Source of the DNA: the human T2T-CHM13v2.0 reference genome, Homo sapiens
DNA: 64,000 nucleotides
Strand: one strand, 5' to 3'
Assembly: GCF_009914755.1 (NCBI RefSeq)
Contig: NC_060926.1
Part shown: positions 34,209-45,309 of the stretch, piece after piece
How positions within the stretch are numbered: the stretch's first letter is position 1
How the letters are laid out: every line of letters starts with the position of its first letter
The notes under the pieces: generated by a model
Told to the model about the DNA's origin: nothing
Databases searched by the model: none
The model's input: the letters and a program-made list of their open reading frames with translations, nothing else
Made by a program: the position numbers and the translations under genes

Positions 34209-36799
34209 TAAACAAAATGAAAACCAAACACAACTTTGTCCCTTATTTTGAATTTTTTTGGTCCATATTTGCTTTCAGTCTTCACTAATCTACTATCTTT
34301 TTTGTTGGCAAGGACTTTGTCTTATTCTCATTTCTTCATACACTTCCCTATGTAACAAATCTCTTATTCACCAGTACAGAGGAGACTACTTTGTATTTTA
34401 GTATTTCAATAAGCAGATATTTTACTTTTAAATTCACGGTCAAGTTTCTGTGGTGCACAGATTGATGTATTATGAAGACAATAAAGGACTGTCTCATAAT
34501 GAACAATATATCAATAGCCTGTGACATCTAGATCAGTAATTCAAATTAATGCCAAAATAGACCATGATATATTGGTTTTCCAACAGTACTTTATCTTATT
34601 AATAGGAATTTAACTGTGCAGTGTAGATAATGGTTAGAACCCTTTGAGCTCTCAAATTCAAGTGACTTGTATACATAAAATCCATGGCAACACCTGGGAT
34701 TGAAAAACAAAATTATGTTACCTTTTTTTTTTTTTTTTTTGCGACAAAAGGATCTGTTTAGGAAACAGCAACATAAGTAGTAAAAAGCTATTAGAAATTT
34801 TCTTTAGTTGAAGTGATAACATTTCTCCTTTCAAGTTTTGAGATATAAAAGTGCAAAGTTCAATTTCTAGTAGAAATTAATTTTTCACATGCTGGCATCA
34901 AGAATACACGTCGTCTTGATAACTGTCTGTGATTAGAGGGAAAGCCACAAGACAAAGGCAAGCTCTAGAATAATTTAAAAGACCTACTCTCTGATCTTTC
35001 AGATACTTGAGAGAAAAAAATAGAAAGTAATACTTGTTTGGGAAAACTTGTCATATTTAGAAAAATTACTTTCAGTCTACCATTTATATACCCTCAGGAA
35101 CAATTAATATAAAACTAGCTTAAACAAAAAACTTGATATTTACTGTAGACTAAAATAAATCACAGTAAATCCAGTATCTCTCACTCCTTTCCTAGTAACT
35201 TTTTCGGCTCTTGCTCTTTTCATGTGTTGGTTTCATCCTGAGATTGTTATGTTTGCAGAACCAATTCCAGGATTCACATCAATTCATGGTAATCACCTAG
35301 AACAGACTAAGTGTCACTTAAATTATTTTTAGAAGATAACAGATTAATTGTGGCATGAATTCCCAGTAAACGTCTCCTCATATCTCATTGTTTCAAAGTG
35401 GGTCACATGATTCTTAAACCAGTCACTACAAGGGAAGGTGGGGTTATTATTTCAATCAGGTCCAACCTAGCATTTGGAGGTGAGGTCAGCTTTTCCTGAC
35501 CCACAGGGGAATATAGGAAGAGTGGATACCCATACAAAGAAAAAAAGCAAAGCAGGAGGAAGACAAACTTCGCTAGAAATAAAATGAAAGGCAGGAATAG
35601 ATACATCAGTAATACACACTGTAACCATATGTGTATATATATTTTAATGCAAACCTCTAAAGAAAACATCTTTATATTCTTGATGAAAACAAATCAATAT
35701 ATAATTAGTTGAGAACTGAGCCTTGTTGATCAAGTTTCAACTTATATTGGGTTGCTACAGACAAAAATTTTATTCCCTTTACAGAATTAGATCACTATAA
35801 AGGTAACAAAATTTTGTATTATTACAAAGAAAATGGAAAGATGGCTGAAAAGTTAATTAAGCTAGTATATAAAGTGATTAACTGAAATATGATTCCTTAT
35901 ATGTGTTCTTCACATATAATGAAGCTCCACTTAGCTCTCCAAAGATTAAGTGTATATGCATCCATGTTCATTCTCAATCCACTTCCATTCTGCAGTGAAG
36001 ATGAAAATCTTTCATCTTACAGATTTGACTTTTCTGTCTCCAATCCATTAATATATCAAAAGACCATCTATTTTAGCAAGTAAGATTTAGAATACAAGAT
36101 GAATGCTTCATGTAAGTAATATGTTGTGTTTAGACCCAACTTATAGTGTCTAAAGGCATATTTGGTTAAAAAGAGACATTATTTGGGCTCATAAACTCCA
36201 ACTCCCCTCACATCCAACTCAGCACACCACATATTTTCCATTTGATCTGAAGAGAGCACAGGCATTTCAGCCATGAACTCCCAGTTAAGCATAGAATATG
36301 ATAATTTGTAATGGGATATGTGATGTAATCTTGCCCTCTAGTGCCTTCTATGCCTAGATGGCAGTTTCATGATCACCTATGACAAAGAAAAAAAAAGGAA
36401 ATTGTAATTCTATTTTTTTAAACTCTTTCCTAAATTAATTTGAAAACTTTCTCTAGTACTAATACTGCCAGAGTTTTGACAATAGGCAGTCCCGGACTCA
36501 CCTCTCATAATACTATTTGTTACATGTTTCTTGCCGATTTGTTACAACCACCTAATGTGTGAAGGCAGTAGCCATTTTGAATATTCAAAAATTGGTCACT
36601 TACTTTGGGAGACTAAATGTGACACAAATTGTGTCTTCCTACATTCTTTAAGAATATAGTCCCATGAGAAATGGAAGCTTGAAAAATTTAGTCCCTGGTG
36701 AGGCAGTCCCTTCCTAGCAACCAGCCTATTCTATGAAGAGAGACCACAAATTCTTGGTGAACAGAATATCTTGGGCAAAAATCAGTGTTATTAACTAGA

Positions 36800-37668
36800 G
36801 AGATCGGTTTAGTAATCGTTCCAGAAAACAATAAAGAGCCAACAATTCATCTTGGAAAATGATTCATGACGTTGCATGAACTTGGACACTTCCATTTTTA
36901 TTGCAAGCCAAAGAAAAAAAGGATTCTGTTGAAATCTATTCTACCGAGAACCTACTTAAAAACAAAAACCTCAGACTTCTTGCCATGCTGGCCGAAAGTG
37001 GTCCAGTGAACCCTTCTAAAAATAATTATAAAAATTGAAAAAATATTTTAAACTGTTTGAAACAAGACATTTAAAAAGGAGACAGATACAATAGGAAAGG
37101 TTGCCTTTGAAAGATGACTATGATAAAGAATTATATGTATATGGCTTTTTTTTTTGGTCTGAGGATGGTCCCCACCTATCAGCTCCAGTAGCAAAAAGTC
37201 ATAGCCTTACCAGTTCAAGGTAACATTGGACAAAGTTCAAAGTTAACAGCTTCAAAAATTAAATTCAAAAGTTAAATCTGGAGATGTAGGTGGAAAATCA
37301 TGGGAACAAGGGAGCCACATAAAGGCCAACCTTCTAGATCTCATAAACTACATTTGCACTGGAGTTGTGACAGTTACTATTTATTGCCTGTTAGCTTCAA
37401 GTTCATTCTTCATTGCCTGCTCTGCAAAAAATGCACATGGGCCCTATAAATATTATTTTTCTGTTGTTGGCTGACAGTGAGCATTGTTATTAGAGGGTGT
37501 TGAAGAGACATTGTAAGAGGTTAGGAGATGGGCTTCTTGGTTCTGGTGTGCTCTCTGGGTAGGCTCTTGCAGCTTAGCCTCTGCAGCTCATTCTCCTGGG
37601 AGATCGGTTTAGTAATCGTTCCAGTAGAAAATAAAGAGGCAACAATTCATCTTGGAAAATGATTTATG
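36800..37668 (+). repeat. dispersed 69 bp direct repeat (36800-36868 and 37600-37668)
   Basis: gagatcggtttagtaatcgttccag...aacaattcatcttggaaaatgatt(c/t)atg at both sites. Confidence 0.95.
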
Positions 37669-38010
37669 CATGGCTTCTCTAGCACCTATCTCCTGCAGTG
37701 TACAGCACCCAGCATTTACCTGAGCACTTCCCTTGGGCAGTTTTGTAGTAGAGTGTTTGCAGTGAAACATCTCCCCTTGAACAACTTTCTCTGGTGTTCT
37801 ACAGGATGGATGTCCAGCAAGTTCTACCTACAGAGCATCAAAGTGACTATTCTGCCATCCAACCAGCCATAGCCACGTCCTCTCTAGCATGGCCTGGGCC
37901 TCAGCCCTGGAACCTCTTTCTTAGACGTGGGGGCACTTGGGCTGTTAATATATGCCTTCTAGTTGAAGTTTGCCTACTTCTGCCCCAAAAACCTGTAATG
38001 TTTTTTACAC
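37367..38010. mobile_element. old ERVL LTR (LTR33-like)
   Basis: 'tgtgacagtt...attcttcattgcctgctctgc...tagagggtgttgaagagacattg' resembles LTR33; boundaries approximate. Confidence 0.45.
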
Positions 38011-39171
38011 ATTCTGTCTTTAGGAAAGTGAAACAAGTTGGAATAATGTATAGGAAGCTGATGCTGAGGAGCTTGTAATGCAAGTTTTCAGGGGATCTTT
38101 GAAACGTTAGAATGCTACGAGATGTTTTTAAAAGAAAGCATGTAGGTCAAGTCACAGACTGTTCGTTAAAATGGAAAGATTTTAGAAGCAGCCATACAAG
38201 GGAGGGAGTTCTTAATTTACATCTTTTTCTTATCTTTTACAGATGATACCTAAAATAAAATTTTAGAATTTGATTTCCTGTGAAACAGTTTGTAATAAAT
38301 GGTATATTCTCTGTATTTTAACTAATAAGGCTATGATGATACTTGATTAGTTATTTAGTCTGATTAGATTCAACTGCCTTTAGTAAAATCCATTAAAAGT
38401 GCTCACCTCATCTCCAGCACAATGGGAGCAATGTTGGAGTTCAGCTAGTGTTGAGGGTAGGACTGGAAGTAGGAGTAAGATACACGTGAGTGACCTTACC
38501 GACCTCTCTGTAACAGGTGAGATTCCTATTCAAATCTGCGGAAAAAATTTGCCTGTCCAACAGAGAAACCTGTTGGCATTCACTCAGGATGGTGGCAGAA
38601 ATATTAAAGGGAAATATTAGGGAAAGTTATAGGGAATAGTCACAAACCTTTTTGGAAGGCCAAAAGGTTGCATAACCTGTAATAATTGAACAGGCTGAAG
38701 GCAGCCAGTTCTTACCTTAGAGCTTAGGTCATAGGGTAAATACTAGAGACAATAGCCGCTTCCCCAGTTCTGTTTACCCTACCTCCATTAACTAACCTTT
38801 CAGCCTGATAGCCCTCTCAGGGTTGGGGGGAGGTCGACTGCGGATATTGCCCCCTAATGGTATTTACTTTAAACTGCGGTACCTGAGCTTTAATCATTCG
38901 TAGAACTACTCTCTTAACCATGTTAATTATCCTCAATGTGTTGACTCAGAGCTTCTGTTAATTGTATACTAAATAAATGCCTGGAGTGCGAGCTGCTCAG
39001 GGCCGGCCACAGTGACAAACTTCTCTTGGTGTACAGGCAGGCGGACACTCGGCAGGACTGGCAAAGCAGAATATCTGTGTCAGTGTACGTTTCATTCATC
39101 CATCGTTTAGGTCAGGGTCTGCGGGTAGACACCCGCAGCTAATGCCCTCTCGTGAGGAGCAATACCTCAAC

Positions 39172-39189
39172 TGGTGCCCCGTGTGAGGC
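39172..39189 (+). promoter_or_regulatory. primer binding site, complementary to elongator tRNA-Met 3' end
   Basis: tggtgccccgtgtgagg, 2 nt after the LTR; reverse complement of ...CCTCACACGGGGCACCA. Confidence 0.85.
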
Positions 39190-39437
39190 CAGTCAGGGGT
39201 CTGCAGAAACAGATTCCCCGCAATTGGAGCCCCTCGTGAGGCAAGCTACAAAGGAAGTGTGAGGAACACCCTCGTGAGGAAAGCTGCGAAGGAAGCGTGC
39301 AGGAAACACGATGGACCCCCGGAAAACGAAGGTGAAGAAAGGAACGTGGTCAAGTCAGTGAGTAATCAGTAATGTCAGTGGTGCCCACTAGAGGTTACTA
39401 AGTTCTGGGGGAAGTTAGGTCAAGCTGAGTTTTCATC

Positions 39438-40010
39438 ATGGGACAACAGTTATCAGCACAACAGAAACAGTATATAACAGTATTAAAACAATTGTCTAAG
39501 GCTAGCGGAGCCTGTTTCGCAGACTCAATTAAAGGACCTAATCATCCATGCTAAACAAACTGCTGTAATGCGAACTGTTAAATCCCAAAGCCCATCGTTT
39601 CCGGAAAGAATGTTAGATGTAGAACTCTGGGAACAAGTAGGGAGAAACCGTAACATCAGGCGCAAAGGCGACAGGTCCCAGTAACAGTTTTAACGTTATG
39701 GACTTTAAGTAGAGCTGCCGTGGCTCAGTTACACACAGAAGAGCCTAAAAAAGAGGAAGGAGAAAATTGTCACCTGCCTTATCACCTCCTCTTCCCTGGC
39801 CCCTAATATCACCAGGCTAACATAAAAAAGAGGAAACGGAGGTTTTTACCTGAGCTGCCTCCTCCGATAGATGAGAAAAAAGAAGATACGCTACAGCAAT
39901 CAGTTCCTGTCTTAAGCAGGCAGCATTAAAAGGAGAGCTCTTAACCTGCCCAGTAATGCAAGATTGGCAAAGCAGTCAGGTACATAAAGATATAAGAAAA
40001 AGCATTAGAG
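39438..40010 (+). pseudogene. gag: HML gag remnant (matrix to start of capsid)
   Basis: ATG GGA CAA CAG = MGQQLSAQQKQYITVLKQL (myristoylation MG); frameshifted. Confidence 0.8.
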
Positions 40011-40429
40011 GCCGGAGCCTTGCGGCCAGGCAGGCAGTAGATGGAAGGAAAGACTCAGCAGCAAGGAAGCTTGCAAACACAGAGCTGGTAAATGCCCCGG
40101 GGAACTTGGCCTGCGCGGCGGCAGTAGCAATGGGGAGGCAGGCCCAGCGCCACGGAGTTAGCCTACTGTGGAGAAGCAGAAGTGTGCGCGCCAGAGTCCG
40201 CCCAGCCGGCAACAGCTCCCCTTAGGCAGGGGGAGGGGGCAGCACACGCGAAAGAAGCGGCACAAGTGTGACAACCCCCGCCCCGGGACCCACCTGCTCA
40301 GCTCTGTAGCTCTGCAGGCGGCCCACAGCAAAATCTCATGTGCTCCTTGTTTACTAACGACATCCGTGATTATAATTCTCTGCTAAGATTTAAGTAAAAT
40401 GTAAGAAGTAAAATAAAAGAAAAACCTCT

Positions 40430-42904
40430 TTTCTAATGGCTTCTGTTGTTCTCCCTCCCCTACCCCTGACGTAGCTCTCCAAATCCAATTTAAGTAAAAC
40501 AGTAACCTCTGAAGGGAGAGATATTACAGAGGGCCATGAATTAGTTAGAAAGTAATATAAAAGCTAGGCATGTAAAACCACACATTACCCTTTAAAGGAG
40601 AAGTTTAAGCCTAATCAAGTTGTGTCCGGAATTGGTGGGTTCTTGCTCTCACTGACTTCAAGAATGAAGCTGCAGACTCTCGCAGTGAGTGTTACAGTTC
40701 TTAAAGCTGGTGCGTCTGGAGTTTGTTCCTTCTGATGTTCAGACATGTTCGGAGTTTCTTCCTTCTGGTGGGTTCGTGGTCTCGCTGGCTTCAGGAGTGA
40801 GGCTGCGGACCTTCGAGGTGAGTGTTACAGCTCATAAAGGCAGTGCGGACCCAAAGAGTGAGCAGCAGCAAGACTTAGTGCAAAGAGCTAAAGAACAAAC
40901 CTTTCAAGGTGTGGAAGGAGACCCAAGCAGGTTGCCACTGCTGGCTGGGGCAGCCTGCTTTTATTCCCTTATCTGGCCCCATCCACATCCTGCTGATTGG
41001 TTCATTTTACAGAGAGCTGATTGGTCTGTTTTACAGAGAGTGGATTGGTCCGTTTTGACAGGGTGCTGATTGGTGCATTTACAATCCCCGAGCTAGACAC
41101 AAAAGTTCTCTAAATCCCCACTAGATTAGCTAGACACAGAGCACTGATTGGTGCATTTACAAACCTTGAGCTAGACACAGGGTGCTGATTGGTGCATTCA
41201 CAAACCTTGAGCTAGACACAGAGTGCTGATTGGTGTATTCACAATCCCTGTGGTAGACATAAAGGTTCTCCAAGTCCCCACTAGATTAGCTAGACACAGA
41301 GCACTGATTGGTGCATTTACAAACCTTGAGCTAGACACAGGGTGTACGCTGTCACCTCTCAAAATGATATATGTTAAATTAGAAGGTAAAAATGCTGTGC
41401 CCTTCTCAGAAAGTGAAGAAAAGTTTTATGTAAGTGTAGTGAAAACATATGCATGAATGACTGTCTTAACCCACTGATTACAGATAGTCTTTGATTTGTA
41501 CTTGCTAAAAGAGTCCTGAATTGAGTTCCCCAGCTAGTGAGTCCCTGTTTTCAAGACTGTTTGCCACATTAGAGTCCATAAACTTGGTCAGCCTGAAAAC
41601 TCGATTACAAGATGTAAGCTATTCTGCCTGTGGCTTTAAGCACATGGTTAAAATATATTTAAGTCTCTGCTTCTAGAAATGCTTTCAGATTTTCTTTTTA
41701 AACTTCATGTTACTTATTTCAGCTTGCCAGCTTAGTGATTAATGCGGTAAATTGCTAAGTTATGACCCTGATATCACCAGGATTCATTTAAGTAAAAGGC
41801 AATTCGAAGCGGTATTGCACTCCCCCATACCTAATGCTTTAACGCTGTTTAATGATGGGTCTGGTAAACATGGACAAGCGGCAGTTTGGTAGAGACCACA
41901 TAATCCAGTCACTCAATCTAAGTTTACTATCACTCAGAGCTGAGATTACTCTGTATTTTATTAAAGCACTTTTACAGCCTCAATTAAGTTCGCTCTGGAG
42001 CCCACTCTGTGTGCTCTTTTTCTCCAGCCTCAGCAATTGCTAGACCAATGTACACATCTTATTTTTATTACACACATTGGAGCCCACAGCTCACTGCCTG
42101 GCCCATTGGCTTATAGCAATGATGATCAAGCAGACCTTCAAGTTATGACATTACTACTTGACTAAGCCACTCAATCGCATCTGTTTTTCCACCAAAATTG
42201 AAAAAACTTATCTAAACAACTTCAACTTACCCAGAGGCTGGCTAAACAAATTATCTACAATATCCAGATTGCCAGCTCACAGGCACATCCCCTCCTTCAA
42301 CAAGTGTTAACCCTAGAGGATTGGAACCCAATCAGTTATGGCAAACAGATATTACACACATCCCTGAATTTGGAAAACTAAGATATGTGCATGTATCCAT
42401 TGATACCAACACTCATTTAATTAATGCACATGCTTTGCCTGGAAAGTCTACTCAATATGTCATTAAACATCTTCTTTTAACTTTTGCATTTATAGGACAG
42501 CCCACAAAAATTAAGACTGATAATGGTCCAGCTTATACCAGCTCACTTTCAACAATTTTGTCACATGTGGAATATCGAACATTCCACAGGCATCCCATAT
42601 AAGCCCAAGGACAGGCAATAGTAGAAGGAGCACAGTTCACCCTTAAAAATTTGCTCAAAAAACAGAAAAAAAAAAAAAAAAAAGGAATATAGGTAAGGAC
42701 CCTGCAACACTACTGGCACAAGCCTTATTTACCCTTTTTTTTTTTAATTTAGATGACAAATTTCAATCAGCTGTAGAAAAGCGCTTTGCTAAAACCTCTC
42801 AAGGCATAAAACCTGCAGTTGTATGGAAAGATGTGAACAATAATAAATGGTGTGGTCCAAGTGAATGATTAACATGAGGAAGAAAGTATGCTTGTGTCCA
42901 TACC
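40430..42904 (+). pseudogene. pol: HML pol remnant (RT start, RNase H, integrase), interrupted by LTR12
   Basis: RT start 'PPLPLT*L..PI*VKQ*PLKGE'; IN 'PNQLWQTDITHIPEFGKLRYVHVSIDT...KTDNGPAY' (42321-42602); IN C-terminus 'WCGPSE*LT*GRKYACVHT'. Confidence 0.88.
40623..41344 (-). mobile_element. LTR12 (HERV9) fragment: U5/R and proximal U3 with tandem CCAAT repeats, 5'-truncated
   Basis: reverse complement begins tgtccggaattggtgggttctt...; TATA-like 'gcctgcttttattccc' ~40953-40968; eight 'gattgg' boxes in ~40 bp repeats 'gagctagacacagagtgctgattggtgcatttacaa'. Confidence 0.93.
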
Positions 42905-43429
42905 TAGAGAGAGAAATAAAGGGAAAGAATGAGTAAGACTAGAAAAATACAGATCAGAAAGTGATGCAAAAAGAAAGACTTAAGGAAAGAAACTAGGAAG
43001 AAGGGAAAGGAAATATTAAGCAAGTTATAAATATATAGGAATGTACCTTTAGTAATGAAGATTATGAAACACAGCCAGAAAGTTAAGGCATGTTGAAGAT
43101 TGTCTGTGAAAGTCATGAAGAAATTTAGGCAGGAAATGTATAATTTTTGTTTTGAAGGTCTAAAGTTTTAAAATGTTAATTATGAAAAAATTCTATGTGT
43201 AAACATATTGGCTACGGTTAAAAAGGTATCATTCAGGTTTTCTGTAAACTAAACATTAAAATAAAGCACAACAAGTCTTTCTTAAAGCACTAACCTGCTC
43301 TTTAAAGATTGTAAAAATCTTAGCACAGGCACCACCTCTAGAATTTCGAGCACCAGCCTGGAGACTATGTCCTCATCAAAGGAAGGAAAGAAGAAAAAAC
43401 TCAAGCCAGCCTAAGAAAAACCCTACAGG

Positions 43430-43910
43430 ACCCACAGCCTCAACAATGTGGCTTCCATGAACAACACAGACCCCAGACATTATGCTGAAGAAGCCGAAGG
43501 CTAAGCCAAATAATTTATTCATTTTTAATTCTCTCGTTTTGCCTACTACCTATACCTGCTACACTCTATTAAGCTCGTCTCTTAAATCTGTCCTTTTCAG
43601 CCCTGTTACTTAAGCAAACACTCTCTTTCCAGCTTCTAGTAAGTAACTGCTTGGCTGGAAGGAGTTAACATACCCCCAGTAGGGTTCCTTAGTAACAGCA
43701 CTCATCAAACTGAAGTGTCAAGTAACACTACAGCTCACTCTTTGACTAGAAAAGAATGTTGCTGATTGTACTCATAATTGTCTTATGTTATTTGCTAATT
43801 CTAGGATGGAAAGCTGGAATAAGAGCAGTGACCACCTCACCTGACAAACGTGTGGCTGCACATATCTGCACTCTGCAATTAAAAAAACTTAATACGGAAA
43901 ACAAAAGGGA
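43430..43910 (+). pseudogene. env: HML env remnant: leader/SU N-terminus joined to TM anchor and tail
   Basis: 'CLLPIPATLY*ARLLN..PVT*ANTLFP' parallels HML env 'YWAY..PVTW'; hydrophobic 'MLLIVLIIVLCYLLILGWK' immediately before the PPT. Confidence 0.7.
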
Positions 43911-44756
43911 GTTGTTGGGATTCACTCAGGATGGTGGCAGAAATATTGAAGGGAAATATTAGGGAAAGTTATTATTATTAGGGAATAGTCACAAATCTTT
44001 TTGGAAGGTGGAAAGTTTACATAGCTTGTAATAATTGAACAGGCTGAAGGCAGCCAGTTCTTACCTTAGAGCATTAGGTCACAGGGTAAATACTAGGGAC
44101 AATAGAGGCTTCCCCAGTTAAGTCTGTGTACCCTACCTCCATTAACTATCCTTTGAGCTAGATGGCCCTCTGAGGGGTTGAGGGGAGGTCAACCAGGGAT
44201 ATTGCCCCCTAATGGTATTTACTTTAGACCATGGTACCTGAGCTGTAATCATTCCTAGAACTCTCTTAACCATGTTAATTATCCTCAAGTGTGTTGACTC
44301 AGAGCTTCTGTTGTTAATTGTATACTAAATAAATGACTGGAGTGTGAGCTGCTCAGGGCCCGCTGCAGTGACAAACCTCTCTTTGTGTGCAGGCAGTCGG
44401 ACACTTAGCTGGACTGGCAAAGCAGAATATCTGTGGTTCAGTGTGTTTTATTCATCCGTCATTTAGGTCAGGGTCTGTGGGCAGGCCCCCGCAGCTAATG
44501 TCCTCTTATGAGGTGCAATACCTCAGAAACCCATGAAACAGAAATCTATGCATCCTCATGGCTGTTAAGTTTCTTGGGAAGAGTTTTCAGGAGATGGTAA
44601 TAGAAGCCATTATAGCTAATTTTATCCAAATGTACCTTTCCTCTTTTTATTTTCTCTGCAGCCAAGATGTGTGGAAACCTCGGGATAGGAGATTGTCCAA
44701 TCTGAATGCAAGTTACCTTTCTTCTATATAGCTATTTAAGTCACTTAATAAAACAC

Positions 44757-45110
44757 TGTTTTAAGTTCCAGGATACATGTGCAGTTTATGCAGGTTTGTA
44801 CATAGGTAAAGGTATACCATCACGGTTTGCTGCACCTATCAACCCATCACCTAGATATTAAGTTCTTCATGAATCAACTATTTATTTTGATGCTCTCCCT
44901 TTCCCCAACCCCACAACAGGCCCCAGTGTGTGTTGTTCCCCTCCCTGTGTCCATGTGTTCTCATTGTTCAGCTCGCACTTATAAGTGAGAACATGTGGTG
45001 TTTGGTTTTCTTTTCCTGTGTTAGTTTGCTGAGAATAATGGCTTCCAGCTCCATCCATGTCCCTGGAAAGAACATGATCTCATTCCTTTATATGGCTGCA
45101 TGCTATACAG
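44757..45110 (-). mobile_element. L1PA7/8-like 3' end, ~350 bp
   Basis: 'ccaggatacatgtgcag...gtttgctgcacctatcaacccatcacctag...gtgagaacatgtggtgtttggttttc'. Confidence 0.88.
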
Positions 45111-45309
45111 TTTTTTTTTTTTTTAAAAGAATGCTATTTGAAGATCTGATCTGTAGACAGTTTTAGGATCAAATTATAACAAATTTTATTTTTAACTCTA
45201 AAAGTTCTAATTTTTAATTGATTTATCAAATATGTCAAAGCTTTAGGAAAAAACATTGTCTTGTGTTACTAATGGGTTTTATAATAATCAGCTAAATTAT
45301 ATTTCATTA

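Larger units (their letters stand above)
38571..44525 (+). mobile_element. HERV-K(HML-5)/HERVK22-like provirus, LTR22-type LTRs (38571-39169, 43913-44525), deleted and mosaic
   Basis: two ~600 bp TG...CA LTRs, roughly 90% identical by eye; 6 bp TSD gaaacc (38565-38570, 44526-44531); PBS, PPT at ~43898-43912; betaretroviral gag, pol and env remnants. Confidence 0.92.

Noticed and set aside
35350-35520. Possible MLT1-type LTR relic
   Set aside because: Too degenerate to delimit or name by eye.
39956-40386. Overlapping ORFs in the GC-rich cassette
   Set aside because: Short, no recognisable homology, and expected from stop-codon scarcity in GC-rich DNA.
40990-41344. Regularly spaced ~40 bp repeats resembling a CRISPR array
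   Set aside because: No unique spacers or cas genes; these are the known LTR12 U3 CCAAT tandem repeats.
43756-43962. Small membrane-protein-like ORF
   Set aside because: Remnant of env TM running into the 3' LTR; no evidence of expression.
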